Of a stretch of 36,631 nucleotides of DNA, positions 15,495-25,900 are shown in pieces. The first letter of the stretch is position 1. Every line of letters begins with the position of its first letter. Both the position numbers and the translations under genes were made by a program. The notes below the pieces were generated by a model, which made no database searches, was not told the origin of the DNA, and was given only the letters and a program-made list of their open reading frames with translations. The stretch comes from a virus (Duplodnaviria; Caudoviricetes): positions 1 to 36,631 of IMG/VR virus record IMGVR_UViG_3300030095_001747, one strand, 5' to 3'.

Positions 15495-15974
15495 TTAGTT
15501 TGAATAGGTGAAATAGATAACAACAGCCACACCAGCGACAGCGCTGCCGCCAACAATCCATAAAAGTATTTTGAGATCATTGATCATTTCTTTCCGGGCC
15601 TTTGCTTTAGCTGCTAATCTTTTTTGTTCAGCTTGCTTGTATTCTTTGATGCGTTTCTTACGCTCCTCCTGGATCCCTCGAAACGTGCCATGTCCAAACC
15701 GGTTGTCAATGAGAACGGAGATGTTATAAAGCTCTTCCTCGGCAAGCTTTGCACTTATGGTATCTGACGCGATTGATTTAAAACTAAATGATCCTGGCGG
15801 CGCTTTATGTTTCTTTGCACGATCAATCCTGGCTTTGCCGTCAAGCAACTGATCGATGCTCGACGCTAAATCCGAAACATCGCGGCAGCTATTGACTGTA
15901 CTTTTTATCGCGTCCACAGCACTTTTGAAGGCGCTCGCAGCTGCGATAGCCTCTCCGACCCCAAACCCAAGCAT
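15495..15974 (-). CDS. Coiled-coil protein with C-terminal TM helix
   Basis: 159-aa ORF with RBS GGGGGA and a hydrophobic C-terminus. Confidence 0.7.
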   Translation of the reverse strand: MLGFGVGEAIAAASAFKSAVDAIKSTVNSCRDVSDLASSIDQLLDGKARIDRAKKHKAPPGSFSFKSIASDTISAKLAEEELYNISVLIDNRFGHGTFRGIQEERKKRIKEYKQAEQKRLAAKAKARKEMINDLKILLWIVGGSAVAGVAVVIYFTYSN

Positions 15975-15991
15975 GAGTCCCCCCGGTTAAT

Positions 15992-16150
15992 TTAATATAT
16001 TTGAAATAAAACTGATATGAGCATGGTAATCACAGACCCCATGCCTAAAACTAATACAAGCTCCAACCTACGTAAGCGAAAAAAGATTTCCTTATACTGA
16101 ATATGATTGGTTGTTTCTATTTTTGTTATGCGTTCTAAAAGCTTTGTCAT
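15992..16150 (-). CDS. Small membrane protein (XhlA-like architecture)
   Basis: TAATG coupling to the fibre gene; coiled coil plus C-terminal TM. Confidence 0.6.
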   Translation of the reverse strand: MTKLLERITKIETTNHIQYKEIFFRLRRLELVLVLGMGSVITMLISVLFQIY

Positions 16151-17049
16151 TAGCTTGCTGTCACATATGTGCAAAACATAGTGTAGTAAAAATTATAGTT
16201 TCCACCGCTTTCAACTCCATCTATTAAACTGTGTCTTCTAGCTAAGGCTCCATATGCTAAATCAATATTATGATAAGGGCTTTTATAATCTTTTGCAAAA
16301 ACGCAAGTTGTATTGTTTTGCTCTACAAAAACTTGAGCTTTTTCCGTGCCAGAGTAACCAAGTATCATACCCCCACCAGCATAAGTATTACCACTAGCAG
16401 AAGTAAAAGGTAGCCCAGCAATTCTTAAAAGAGTTCCAGACCTAGAACTTTGTGCGCCTGATAAATAAAAACTACATCTTGCATGAACCATTTTACCAAC
16501 CTTTACATATACTGCTGAAACACCTCCTGTTGAGCCAACTTGCATAGAAGGTGTCCAACTTCCTGTAGAAGATGCAACAGACATACTTGTTAAATTCGCA
16601 CCACTAACGGCTGGAAGTGTTGCTGGAAATCGTGCATCTGGCATTGTTCCAGAGGTAAGATTAGAAGCACTAAGATTTGACAAGTCAACGTGCTGAGTAA
16701 TATTACTTGCAGCAAATAGTGCATCAGCAAAAGTTCCAGATGTAATCTTAGACGTTGCTAAATTTGGAATGTCACTTGCTCCTAACGATAGTCTAGCAGA
16801 GGGTACAGTACCAGAAGTTAAGTTACTTGCTGACAATGCAGTCAAGTCTACGTGCTGAGTAACAGAGCTGGAAGACAGCCTTGCATCGGCAAACGTACCA
16901 GACGTTATCTTTGAGGTTGCTAGGTCAGGCACTCTATCTGCACCTAGTGTACCAGATGTTATCTTTGATGCTGGTAAATCTGGAATAGTACCACTAGCTA
17001 AAACTCCAGACCCACTTATTACATTTGCTAAATCTCTTGCTTTAGTCAT
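16150..17049 (-). CDS. Tail fibre/receptor-binding protein with shaft repeats
   Basis: Repeated (S/T)KITSGT..DAR and SASNLTSGT.P.AR units; C-terminal GSWTP...Y.KVG..V....GLPFTS domain. Confidence 0.75.
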   Translation of the reverse strand: MTKARDLANVISGSGVLASGTIPDLPASKITSGTLGADRVPDLATSKITSGTFADARLSSSSVTQHVDLTALSASNLTSGTVPSARLSLGASDIPNLATSKITSGTFADALFAASNITQHVDLSNLSASNLTSGTMPDARFPATLPAVSGANLTSMSVASSTGSWTPSMQVGSTGGVSAVYVKVGKMVHARCSFYLSGAQSSRSGTLLRIAGLPFTSASGNTYAGGGMILGYSGTEKAQVFVEQNNTTCVFAKDYKSPYHNIDLAYGALARRHSLIDGVESGGNYNFYYTMFCTYVTAS

Positions 17050-17403
17050 CTACTCACCTTTTTCATTTGCAAGATACTTTGCTTTTAAGTCCGTAGTAAA
17101 ATAATCAGTTAGTTCTTTTTTAAGGTCAGCATCAACCTCACCAAAAACATTCTGTAGTTCTGTATCCCAGTTGTAATCTTCTTGTACCCAACCACGACCA
17201 ACAGTCTTTACGTCACCAAACTTTTTTCCATCTGGTAAAGTATCAGCTGGTGTTATAGTCTTCCCATTAACAATTACTGCGTCCATGTATAAAACATCAG
17301 TTTCATTAAAAACGTTTGAACACATAAAACCACACGCATGATTGTCAGATACACGCATTACATCTATTGAATATTGATTTTTTGTTGTTGTATATTTACT
17401 CAT
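17050..17403 (-). CDS. Hypothetical protein, possibly a fibre chaperone
   Basis: Lies between two fibre genes; RBS AGGAGA. Confidence 0.65.
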   Translation of the reverse strand: MSKYTTTKNQYSIDVMRVSDNHACGFMCSNVFNETDVLYMDAVIVNGKTITPADTLPDGKKFGDVKTVGRGWVQEDYNWDTELQNVFGEVDADLKKELTDYFTTDLKAKYLANEKGE

Positions 17404-17417
17404 TTATTCTTCTCCTA

Positions 17418-18068
17418 TTAACTATTTGCTATATAACTAAAAGACCAATAATTCCAACCATTATAAGCCGCCAAATCCGCAGCTTTACTATTAGGCATTG
17501 CTGGACTACTCGTAGTATTGTAATTTGCTGTGCGTTGTTGTGTATACCCATCCCTCATAGCACGTATTGTTGTACTATTATCCCTTATAAAAACATAACC
17601 TCTCGCAAGGTCAGCACCTTCTGCTCCAGAAAAATTACCAAGTCCTAGTAACCAGTTTCCACCAGAACCAGCACTTAGAGAAAGGGATGTAAATGGAGCA
17701 CCAGTTATATACCAAACAGCCGAACCTGATGGCGCACTATCCCATTTCCACTCCCATTGTAAATGAACTAATTGACCTATTTTTTGATACTGTCCAGATA
17801 CACTAGAAATAGTGCCAGCACTTACAGCTGGTGTCCAAGAGCCAGTTGAGATAGCAGACGCTGGAACACTGGTAAGATTAGCGGCAGAAAATGTAGGTGT
17901 GCCATATCGAGCATTAGGTATAGTTCCAGACGTTAAGTTAGATGCACTAAGAGCAGTTAAGTCGACGTGTTGGGTGACTGACCCACTCGATAGTCTAGCA
18001 TTAGCAAATGTTCCAGCCGTAATAGCTGTAGCTGGAAACGCATATCTATTAGCTTCGTATGTACTCAT
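17418..18068 (-). CDS. Tail fibre-like protein, paralogous to 16150-17049
   Basis: Shares VTQHVDLTALSASNLTSGT and the GSWTP...Y.KIG..V...GAPFTS domain. Confidence 0.75.
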   Translation of the reverse strand: MSTYEANRYAFPATAITAGTFANARLSSGSVTQHVDLTALSASNLTSGTIPNARYGTPTFSAANLTSVPASAISTGSWTPAVSAGTISSVSGQYQKIGQLVHLQWEWKWDSAPSGSAVWYITGAPFTSLSLSAGSGGNWLLGLGNFSGAEGADLARGYVFIRDNSTTIRAMRDGYTQQRTANYNTTSSPAMPNSKAADLAAYNGWNYWSFSYIANS

Positions 18069-18069
18069 A

Positions 18070-20472
18070 TTATTTCTCCATCAATAGCCAACCCTGAGTA
18101 TCCCCAGAGAATACCAGAGCAAATCCAGCTCGTTCTGTGGCAACAGTCATGTCCGACGCATCGCCTTGTACCTTCTTGCCGTTACGAGCCACAGTTAAAT
18201 TGTTTGAATCAAATGTTGCACTCAAGTCTATAAACCGCACAGTATCACCAGCAGTAGGGCTGGCTGGTAATGTCGCTGTAACTGCACCACCTGACGTATC
18301 TACAAAGTACCCTCGACTTGACGCTACATTAAATGCTGACGTTTTTGTTTCCCATGTAAAATCTGTCTCAACAGTAACCGAACCCCCCAAAGAAATAGCA
18401 GAACCATTAATAGTTATAGCTGAGTTTGCAAGAGCAGAGTTTGGAACAGATGTTAATCGTGCATTAGGTAGTGTGCCAGTAGAGAGATTAGAAGCATTGG
18501 TTGTATCAACAACAGCAAAAGTATTATCACCTCGTAAGAATGTAGTATTATCTCTTGTGCCAGAAGAACCAAGCCTTGCTACTGGTACTGTACCAGAGCT
18601 AATGTTTGATGCACTTATAGCCGCCACATTGAATGTACCGAAACCAACAATGTCTACTACATCGCCATTAGCCAGGGCAGACGCAAAAGTAACTGTATCT
18701 CCACTTGTAACCGTCACGTCTGATCCGTTGACTTGCTTGACCCCATTTAAAAAACAATCAATGAATCCCGCATCGTATGCTAAAGTGTTGCCGTTTGCGT
18801 CTGCTCCTGTTACGGATGTTGGTGTGCCAGAGATATTATAGGTAAATCGAGCAGAGGTTCCATTTACTGTTGACCCAGCCGCGGCCCAGCCAGAAGATTT
18901 ATAAACCTTTAACTCGTTAGCAGTTGTATCAAAATATAAATCACCAACATCTAATGATGCTGTCGGTGCAGAAGATGCGATTCTATATCTATCAGCAAAC
19001 GAATTAACTCCGCTAACATTATTTGCTACTGTAGTTACGTTTGAAGATATGCCAGCTACAGTTCCAATATTTGATACAACGCCACTTGCATTTAAGTTTG
19101 CAATGTTCGTAATAACACCACTAGCATTTAAGTTAGCCATATTCGTAACATTAGTCGTTGTACCAAGATTACCCATCGCTGTTACATTCGCGGATGTGCC
19201 TATATGACCCATTGCGGTTACGTTTGCGTTTGTACCTAGATGACCCATTGCAGTTACGTTTGCGTTTGTGGCTAAAATTGCCATGTCATCTGTAATTGTG
19301 GAATCTGCTAATATTGCCAAATCATCAATAATCGTAGAATTTGCGAGTTGCGCCATATCAGCAATTACTGTATCTGTGCCAAGTAATGCCATGTCTGCAA
19401 TTACTGCACTTGCAGCGAGAGCAGTAATATTTGAATTGGCACTAGCTACTGCATCAATATTCGTTTGTTCAGAACTAGTTGGCTTTACATCTATCCAAGC
19501 AGACCCATTATAGACTTTCATGCCTGTTCCATCTGTCTTGAAATATAAATCTCCTGTGTCTAAATTTGACGATGGATCAGAACTAGCAGCACCGTGATAT
19601 TGCCCTTGAAACGTAGCCAATGCAGTTTCACTTGAGTTCTTTGCAGTAACACTCGCATCTCGTGCTGTTTCACTTGCAGCTTGTGCAGTTTGTGCATCAG
19701 TTTCACTAGACGCTGCTGCCGTCGCGCTGGCTGCTGCTGCGTTTTGACTTGTCGTAGCACTCGCAGCATCCACAATTAACGACCATTTTGCGCTATCTGT
19801 ATTGGTTGTTAATGGCTGCGATCCAGACGACGTATGCGCCGTTACACAAATAAATATATTATTCGTGCTAGTATCCTTTACCAAATCACGCACAACGTAT
19901 GCTGTACTTGCCGCCCAATTTCCTTTTAATGTTCCTAGTTCTTGTGCAATGCTAAGTTCTCCGGATGTATCAAAAGCAATCAGCTTACTCGCACGATCCG
20001 TTGCTGACGTTGTAAACTCGGTCGATGTCATAGTATTAGTACGCGATAGCTTGAGTGATCGGTCTAATTCTTCTTCGTGCTGCTGCACCATACGGACGAG
20101 CTTGTCCATGTTTGTTTCCAGGGTTTCCGCTGGAAAAGGATCGTTAGCCACTAGATCCATTGTCTGAGTGTTTGCTAGCTCCGATCGTATAACAACTGTT
20201 TCGCCGGATACTGGCCTAAAATCACTTGTCGAGTAATGTGCATCCGAGGCATTGCCGGTATTAAATTTAAATAGAACTGTGCCGCCGCTCGATACTCCAG
20301 CACCAGTGACAACATAATGTGTATTGAGTGTCTTTACTGTTTCTACACCGGTCGAGGATCTAATAATAACTGTAAGATCCGCGTCTGCAAAAATCTTAAA
20401 ATCATATGCAAAAGAGTGAGTCGATCCGTTTCCCGAATAACTCTTCGAGATCGTCGTTGTACTGATTGTCAT
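18070..20472 (-). CDS. Major tail fibre protein (T7 gp17-like N-terminal anchor)
   Basis: N-terminal SYSGNG...F.Y.FKIF...DL.V motif, an Ala-rich stretch, 12-aa repeats and two GDLYF...KVY...W modules. Confidence 0.85.
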   Translation of the reverse strand: MTISTTTISKSYSGNGSTHSFAYDFKIFADADLTVIIRSSTGVETVKTLNTHYVVTGAGVSSGGTVLFKFNTGNASDAHYSTSDFRPVSGETVVIRSELANTQTMDLVANDPFPAETLETNMDKLVRMVQQHEEELDRSLKLSRTNTMTSTEFTTSATDRASKLIAFDTSGELSIAQELGTLKGNWAASTAYVVRDLVKDTSTNNIFICVTAHTSSGSQPLTTNTDSAKWSLIVDAASATTSQNAAAASATAAASSETDAQTAQAASETARDASVTAKNSSETALATFQGQYHGAASSDPSSNLDTGDLYFKTDGTGMKVYNGSAWIDVKPTSSEQTNIDAVASANSNITALAASAVIADMALLGTDTVIADMAQLANSTIIDDLAILADSTITDDMAILATNANVTAMGHLGTNANVTAMGHIGTSANVTAMGNLGTTTNVTNMANLNASGVITNIANLNASGVVSNIGTVAGISSNVTTVANNVSGVNSFADRYRIASSAPTASLDVGDLYFDTTANELKVYKSSGWAAAGSTVNGTSARFTYNISGTPTSVTGADANGNTLAYDAGFIDCFLNGVKQVNGSDVTVTSGDTVTFASALANGDVVDIVGFGTFNVAAISASNISSGTVPVARLGSSGTRDNTTFLRGDNTFAVVDTTNASNLSTGTLPNARLTSVPNSALANSAITINGSAISLGGSVTVETDFTWETKTSAFNVASSRGYFVDTSGGAVTATLPASPTAGDTVRFIDLSATFDSNNLTVARNGKKVQGDASDMTVATERAGFALVFSGDTQGWLLMEK

Positions 20473-20475
20473 AAT

Positions 20476-22950
20476 TTACCTCGTTAGATTGTCAAATCTT
20501 GGGCCGCGTTGTGGCTCCGTTCTTCCTGGCCTCCACCAATAGGAATTTCCGTATAACTTTTTCTGACGTTTTTCTAAGCGCCTCCGCTTTGCTTTTATCT
20601 TAGGATCTGCCATTTCTGATAGTTGATCCCAAACTCTTCTTTCCAAAGCTAACCGGCCATACCAAAGAGTTCCGCCAGGGATATATCTCTTAGTGAAGTT
20701 TACGGCCTCTGCTGCAAAGTTTGTGTCTTCACCCTGGGCGAGTTGCACTAAATTACCAACGGAGAGATTTATTAGATCATTACCAAAACCAACTACCGGC
20801 CCAGCTACTGTTGTTGCAATTCCTTGACCAAACCTATTGACGTTAGAAAATAAAAAATCTCCATATATTCCAAACCCACCAGATGCCATAAGAGCATGGC
20901 CCCAAAACTTAGGATCATCCATTGGTCGAGGATCCCGGCCCTTTGCTAGTTCTTTCATTTGTATACCAAAAGCTGCCAACACTGTACCGGCAATAATAAA
21001 TTGCGCCAGGTATCCAACTTTTTTATTGTTCTTTAACTCTGCAACACCGCGAAACATATGCGTATTCATAATCGTAACACCAAAGTTTTTATACATAGCA
21101 AAAGATCGTAAGATCTCTCCGCCTAACTCTCCAGGTTGTGTATTAGCCAATAAACTCAATCTTGACCGCAGTGAACCTGTGGGTACGGCAAATTCCGTTT
21201 CCATGTTAATCATTTCTAATATTCTTGTGCCTAGTCGCTCTGCCTCTCCAGCATCAATGTCAGTACGCTCGATAAGTTTTTGTACGTCAAAGAATGTTGC
21301 TCCTTCATACTCAAGCAATTCTGTCTGTCGTATAACTTCCCAATCTGCCGGTTTAAATCCATAGTTATCCATAGCACGACGCAACCCCTCGTCTAGCTGT
21401 GCAAAAGGCTTATCGACGTTATCAGCTAGTGTACCTAGAAACTGTTGACCAAAGGCCCATCGACCAGCTTGTGTCCAGGGCGAAAGCAAAGAGCCTCGCA
21501 TTACTAAATCACTTATACGTTTTGTTATTTCCGGGCCACTTATTTCACCAACATAACGCATTTGGGCAGACGCTATTGTAGTCCAGTGATCGGCAATCAA
21601 TCCTAATCGTGTCGCAAGTTTGCCTCTCTCCTTTGCTTTCATAGGATTCATAAACTTTAAAACTTGATTTAAAGATTTTACCTGAGGCAGTCCGTTAAAT
21701 TGTCGGGCCAGAGATTGACTATTGAGATCTGTAATAGCTGTGTAAAATGTTGAACCAAGCTGAGCAGCGGTAAGAATATTACGTAATCCAGCGAATCCGT
21801 TTGCTATGACACCGCTAATAGGTGAATTAAGAGTTCCCATATGCGCGCGGTACAGTGTATCCATTTTTGTTGCGGCTTTGTTTGCTCTGCTTTCTCCCAA
21901 TCCAGTTTCTGCCACTCGTTTTCGCAGCGATGTTTTTATAGCATTTATAGTTGTAACAGGGTTTGGCCCCAAAACTTCCATCATAGCAATATCGCGCGAT
22001 AACGACGTTATATGCGTAATCATCGTATCGAAAGCATTGACGTTGCCAAATTCTTTTTGATACTCAAGCCATTGGTCGCCGTTTTTAAATTTTAGAAAGC
22101 GATGATCTTGTCGTCGATTAGCCATAGACCGACCTTGCATCGCACCGCCAGGACGTACTTTATTTAATCCATCTTGTGTTATAGTTGTATATACGTCGTT
22201 AAGAACAATCCGTAATCTAGCCTCGTTAAAAGCTAAACCAGTTTGTTCATCAATCATGTTTTCAATATCGAGCTTTGCGATCGTAAAATTTACCCACTCA
22301 TCACGCGATTTCTTTCTGATCCGGACAGCATCATGTACTTGTGGCATACCCCAATTACGTAACTTAGGTATTGCACCACCAGCTGCATTGAATCTTTTAC
22401 GCAGCATATCCGTTGTTTGTGTCCAGGCATCCGCCATTTCTCTAGCTGCCGTATCACCGGTGTTTTCGCCAAACAACTCACGCACCATGTTTTTTTGCTT
22501 TGCTTTTTGCTGCGTTTCTCCAAAAATGTTTCTTTTGAATGAGGCTAGTATTTCGTCCATTCTTTTAAATGCGATGCTTTTTATGGCATCTGCTCTGCTC
22601 TCTACAGACGAAAACTTCTGATCGCGTACATGACCAAGAAGATTTATTGCTGCATCTGCTGGATCCTGGCGGCCAAATGGTGTTTTATGTGTGTCTAGGA
22701 TCTGCTCGATCTCTTGCCACTTACGTGCTTGCAGTAGCTTTTTTCTGCGTGTTTCGTGTTTTTGTCGCCGGATCGTTGCTAAAGTGTCGGCTGCTGCTCG
22801 AGCATCCGCCGGAGCATTTGCCATATTTCCTCGATACTCACCGGAAAGCTGGTCAAACATTGTATTGATTTCGTTTGCATCCTCTTCCTTAATCAATCCC
22901 TCTCGAACACCATCATTTATGCAGTTTTGAAACGTACTCATTTGACGCAA
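20476..22950 (-). CDS. Internal virion/ejection protein (824 aa)
   Basis: Large helical ORF in the podovirus ejectosome position. Confidence 0.75.
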   Translation of the reverse strand: MRQMSTFQNCINDGVREGLIKEEDANEINTMFDQLSGEYRGNMANAPADARAAADTLATIRRQKHETRRKKLLQARKWQEIEQILDTHKTPFGRQDPADAAINLLGHVRDQKFSSVESRADAIKSIAFKRMDEILASFKRNIFGETQQKAKQKNMVRELFGENTGDTAAREMADAWTQTTDMLRKRFNAAGGAIPKLRNWGMPQVHDAVRIRKKSRDEWVNFTIAKLDIENMIDEQTGLAFNEARLRIVLNDVYTTITQDGLNKVRPGGAMQGRSMANRRQDHRFLKFKNGDQWLEYQKEFGNVNAFDTMITHITSLSRDIAMMEVLGPNPVTTINAIKTSLRKRVAETGLGESRANKAATKMDTLYRAHMGTLNSPISGVIANGFAGLRNILTAAQLGSTFYTAITDLNSQSLARQFNGLPQVKSLNQVLKFMNPMKAKERGKLATRLGLIADHWTTIASAQMRYVGEISGPEITKRISDLVMRGSLLSPWTQAGRWAFGQQFLGTLADNVDKPFAQLDEGLRRAMDNYGFKPADWEVIRQTELLEYEGATFFDVQKLIERTDIDAGEAERLGTRILEMINMETEFAVPTGSLRSRLSLLANTQPGELGGEILRSFAMYKNFGVTIMNTHMFRGVAELKNNKKVGYLAQFIIAGTVLAAFGIQMKELAKGRDPRPMDDPKFWGHALMASGGFGIYGDFLFSNVNRFGQGIATTVAGPVVGFGNDLINLSVGNLVQLAQGEDTNFAAEAVNFTKRYIPGGTLWYGRLALERRVWDQLSEMADPKIKAKRRRLEKRQKKLYGNSYWWRPGRTEPQRGPRFDNLTR

Positions 22951-25900
22951 TACCCCATCCGCTCGATCATCTTTTCTTCATAATCGATCTCATCTTTAAT
23001 CTGTCGCATTGTTTGGTTGACGACTGTGATGTCGCCAGTAGCCGGGTCTGTTACCTGGCCGACCGGAACTTCATAATCTAGCTGCTGGTCTGTAACTTCT
23101 TCGCTATCTCTAAGACTTGCTGTTTGGCTCTCGGTGAGTTCGCTCTCTGGATCCCTCGTTCCTCCGCCGCGTCGTAGTCGAATATCAGTGTCTTTGATGA
23201 CTTCTCTTGTGTCTTCGATGAGGACTTTGCCGTCGTCGATTTCTCCGTTATTGTCGATCCGCGTGTAGCCATCAGCTTTCCCTTGTTGTTTTAGCGTGTC
23301 GTATGTTTTACCAGGATTATCGCCCACTTGACGAACATAGTCTGGATTTATTAATCGTCCGGTCTTAACAAAACGCATAAACATTCTGTTTCTTGCATTA
23401 CTATAAGTAACAGACATATCAACTAAATCAACAGAATATCCCTTTTCTTTTAACTTAGTGATGAGCTTTTCTATTGACCCAGGACTACCGCCAACTTTTG
23501 GTATTACGACATTATCACCAAACTCTAACGCAAGATTAAGAACTCGCTCTGCAAGGTCGCTGCTTTCTTCGTGTACTGCGTTTGCGCCTATACCGCCCTC
23601 ATACTCTGGTAATAATTTTTTTGCCTCGTCACTATCAATAATAGCTGCGTTCATCTTACGTGCTATCGGATTGGCTAGCGTTGATTTGCCGGCAGCTGGT
23701 GGCCCTAATACAATTGCAGCACGTCTATTTTGGTTTATGTACTGACCTTGTGGCAGATCTAATCCATCGTCCTTCCAGCCCATATTTCTTGCGCCACGAT
23801 ATAAAGCAGCGATTGCATCAGCATAACCTTGTATTTGTTCTCCAACGTCAACACCCATTTTTTTAAGAGATGTTGTATTAAATACTCTCGATGTTTCCCA
23901 GGTTTCTGTACCATAACCAGCCATTGTGCTAGTGTCTGTTTTCGATTGTGCCTCCTCTATAGCTTTTGTAACCGCTGGATGTGCGTCTATTGTAGCCTCT
24001 TCAGCACCCTCATCTAGTATACGTCCTAAATCGTTTCGTAATTCATCATCAGATTGGAAAGCCTCGCGCGGCGTTTTAGGCGGTGGCTCCTGGAACATAT
24101 CCGCTGCCAGCTGATCCATTTGCTGATTGGATCCTGGGCCGGCTGCAACGTCAAATGTTTCTAAACTTTGCTCAATTGCGCTTGCTGGTACTTCGCCGTT
24201 CTCCGGCGGAGCATTGATAGCGCGTCCTGGATTGCTAGGGATTTCCCCAAAGAAATCGCCTCGACCAACTGCTCCTCGGACAGACTCGACAAAGCTGTCT
24301 GTAGCCGCTGCATATTTTCCATCTCTTTTGGCGGCTCTGGCGGCAGCTGTGAGGTCGTCACTGAGTTGTCCTCTTCGGTTTGCAAGGGTTTGGATGAGGT
24401 CGATTGCTTCTGCATCTTTTTGGATTTTTTGCTCATTCGCACTCCTAACCAGCTTATTACCAGCTGATTCAAACTTTGTTTGATTACGTACTATAGTATT
24501 AAAGGCGCTTTTATCACGCTGCAATATTTTTATCGCGTTATCGAGAACCTTTGCTCTTTCAAAATATAGGCTTTCTTCTTCGATCTTATCGCCAAACAAA
24601 CTCTCCTGGTTGACCTTTTCTGTGCCGCTATCCATAACTTGCCGGGTAACAGCCTCTGTCTGCACGTCGTTTTCCGGCTTTACTTTGGCAATAACATTCA
24701 TTGCAGCACGCTGCATTGTGGCATCATCCGGGATCATTCGGCCCACTACGCTAGCTTGTTGTGGTGAAACAAGGCCATTCTTAAATAAACCAAATGCCTC
24801 GTCGTCCTCGATGTTAACTATGTTACGTGCCATGCGTACCAGCGCAGATCGTGGCGGTAACTCACCAAACAGTTTTTTATCACCACGTAAAACCTTTACA
24901 GCATCAAGAACAGTACCGGTTCCCTCGGCAATATTTTTCATAGCAGCAACAACCATTGCTTGCTCTCTTGATATGCCGTCTTTTTCACGCAAGACAGATC
25001 CTAGAAGAAATACGTCCTGGCTAGGATCCTGGCTTTTTATGCGTTTTGCTAGACCTAATCGCTGGTGTCCATCTGCTATAAAGAACTTACCATCAGCTTG
25101 CTCGTATACGACCACAGTGCCAGCTTTGACCGGATCCCATGTTTTTACGTCTTTTAGTCTTTCTGTTACACCAAACTCGTCGCCGCCCTCTTTAAACTGG
25201 AACGCTTTTGCATCGACGTTTAGTTCCTCTACCTCGAACCTAGACACAACATCATTTATGGTCGCTCTCGGCTTGACTTCGGGTTCTGCCTCTAACGATG
25301 CCTCCAAACCTTTTTTTGCATCATTGAGAACATCTAATAATTCCTTTGCATCTTCTAGGTTTTTCTTAGATTCTAGCGCTTCTATTCTTTCGTATGCAGC
25401 AAAGAAATCGTCGTTTGTAAGTTCTTTTGTTTGCCCTAAATCATCTAGTTCTTTTAAGATTGCCTCTTCTTCTTCTTTAAATTGTCTTTCAAATAAAGTT
25501 CTTGCCTCTATAATCTCTTTTATTTCTTTGTTTACCGTATCTAAACTTTCGGCAAACTGACCAGGGTTAGCTTGTTTTTGCAACTCAGCTTTTGTTACAC
25601 CGCTTGCCGGTTCGTCATTTATACCAGGTAACACACCCTCGTTTACCGCGTCATCGACCGCATCCATTCTATTTAAATGCTCATCAACATCATTAATAGG
25701 ATTGTTTGCAAACGTATTTTCGATCTCATCGACCATATCCGCCGCTGTATCGGCCGTTTGACTAAATCTTTGACCAGCAGATTGGTGAGCGCTCTTTATG
25801 GCCTCATAGCCTTTTTTTGCCTGGCTAGCTGTTAGCTTTACTGTGTCACCTCCGACCTTGAAAGCAAGAGGAAACGCAGCAGATAACGCTGCCGCCGCTC

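Noticed and set aside
15323-15580. Nested spanin (Rz/Rz1) pair
   Set aside because: I found no convincing lipobox or RBS; the overlapping 15319-15480 ORF has the better RBS. Not fully excluded.
16150-18068. Diversity-generating retroelement or invertible fibre cassette
   Set aside because: There is no reverse transcriptase or invertase, no near-identical TR/VR pair, and both genes face the same way.
18137-18841. 234-aa plus-strand ORF
   Set aside because: It is antisense to the low-complexity tail fibre gene and has no independent support.
24610-25560. 316-aa plus-strand ORF
   Set aside because: It is the antisense shadow of the 1215-aa virion gene, with Ser/Phe-rich composition, no motifs and no RBS.
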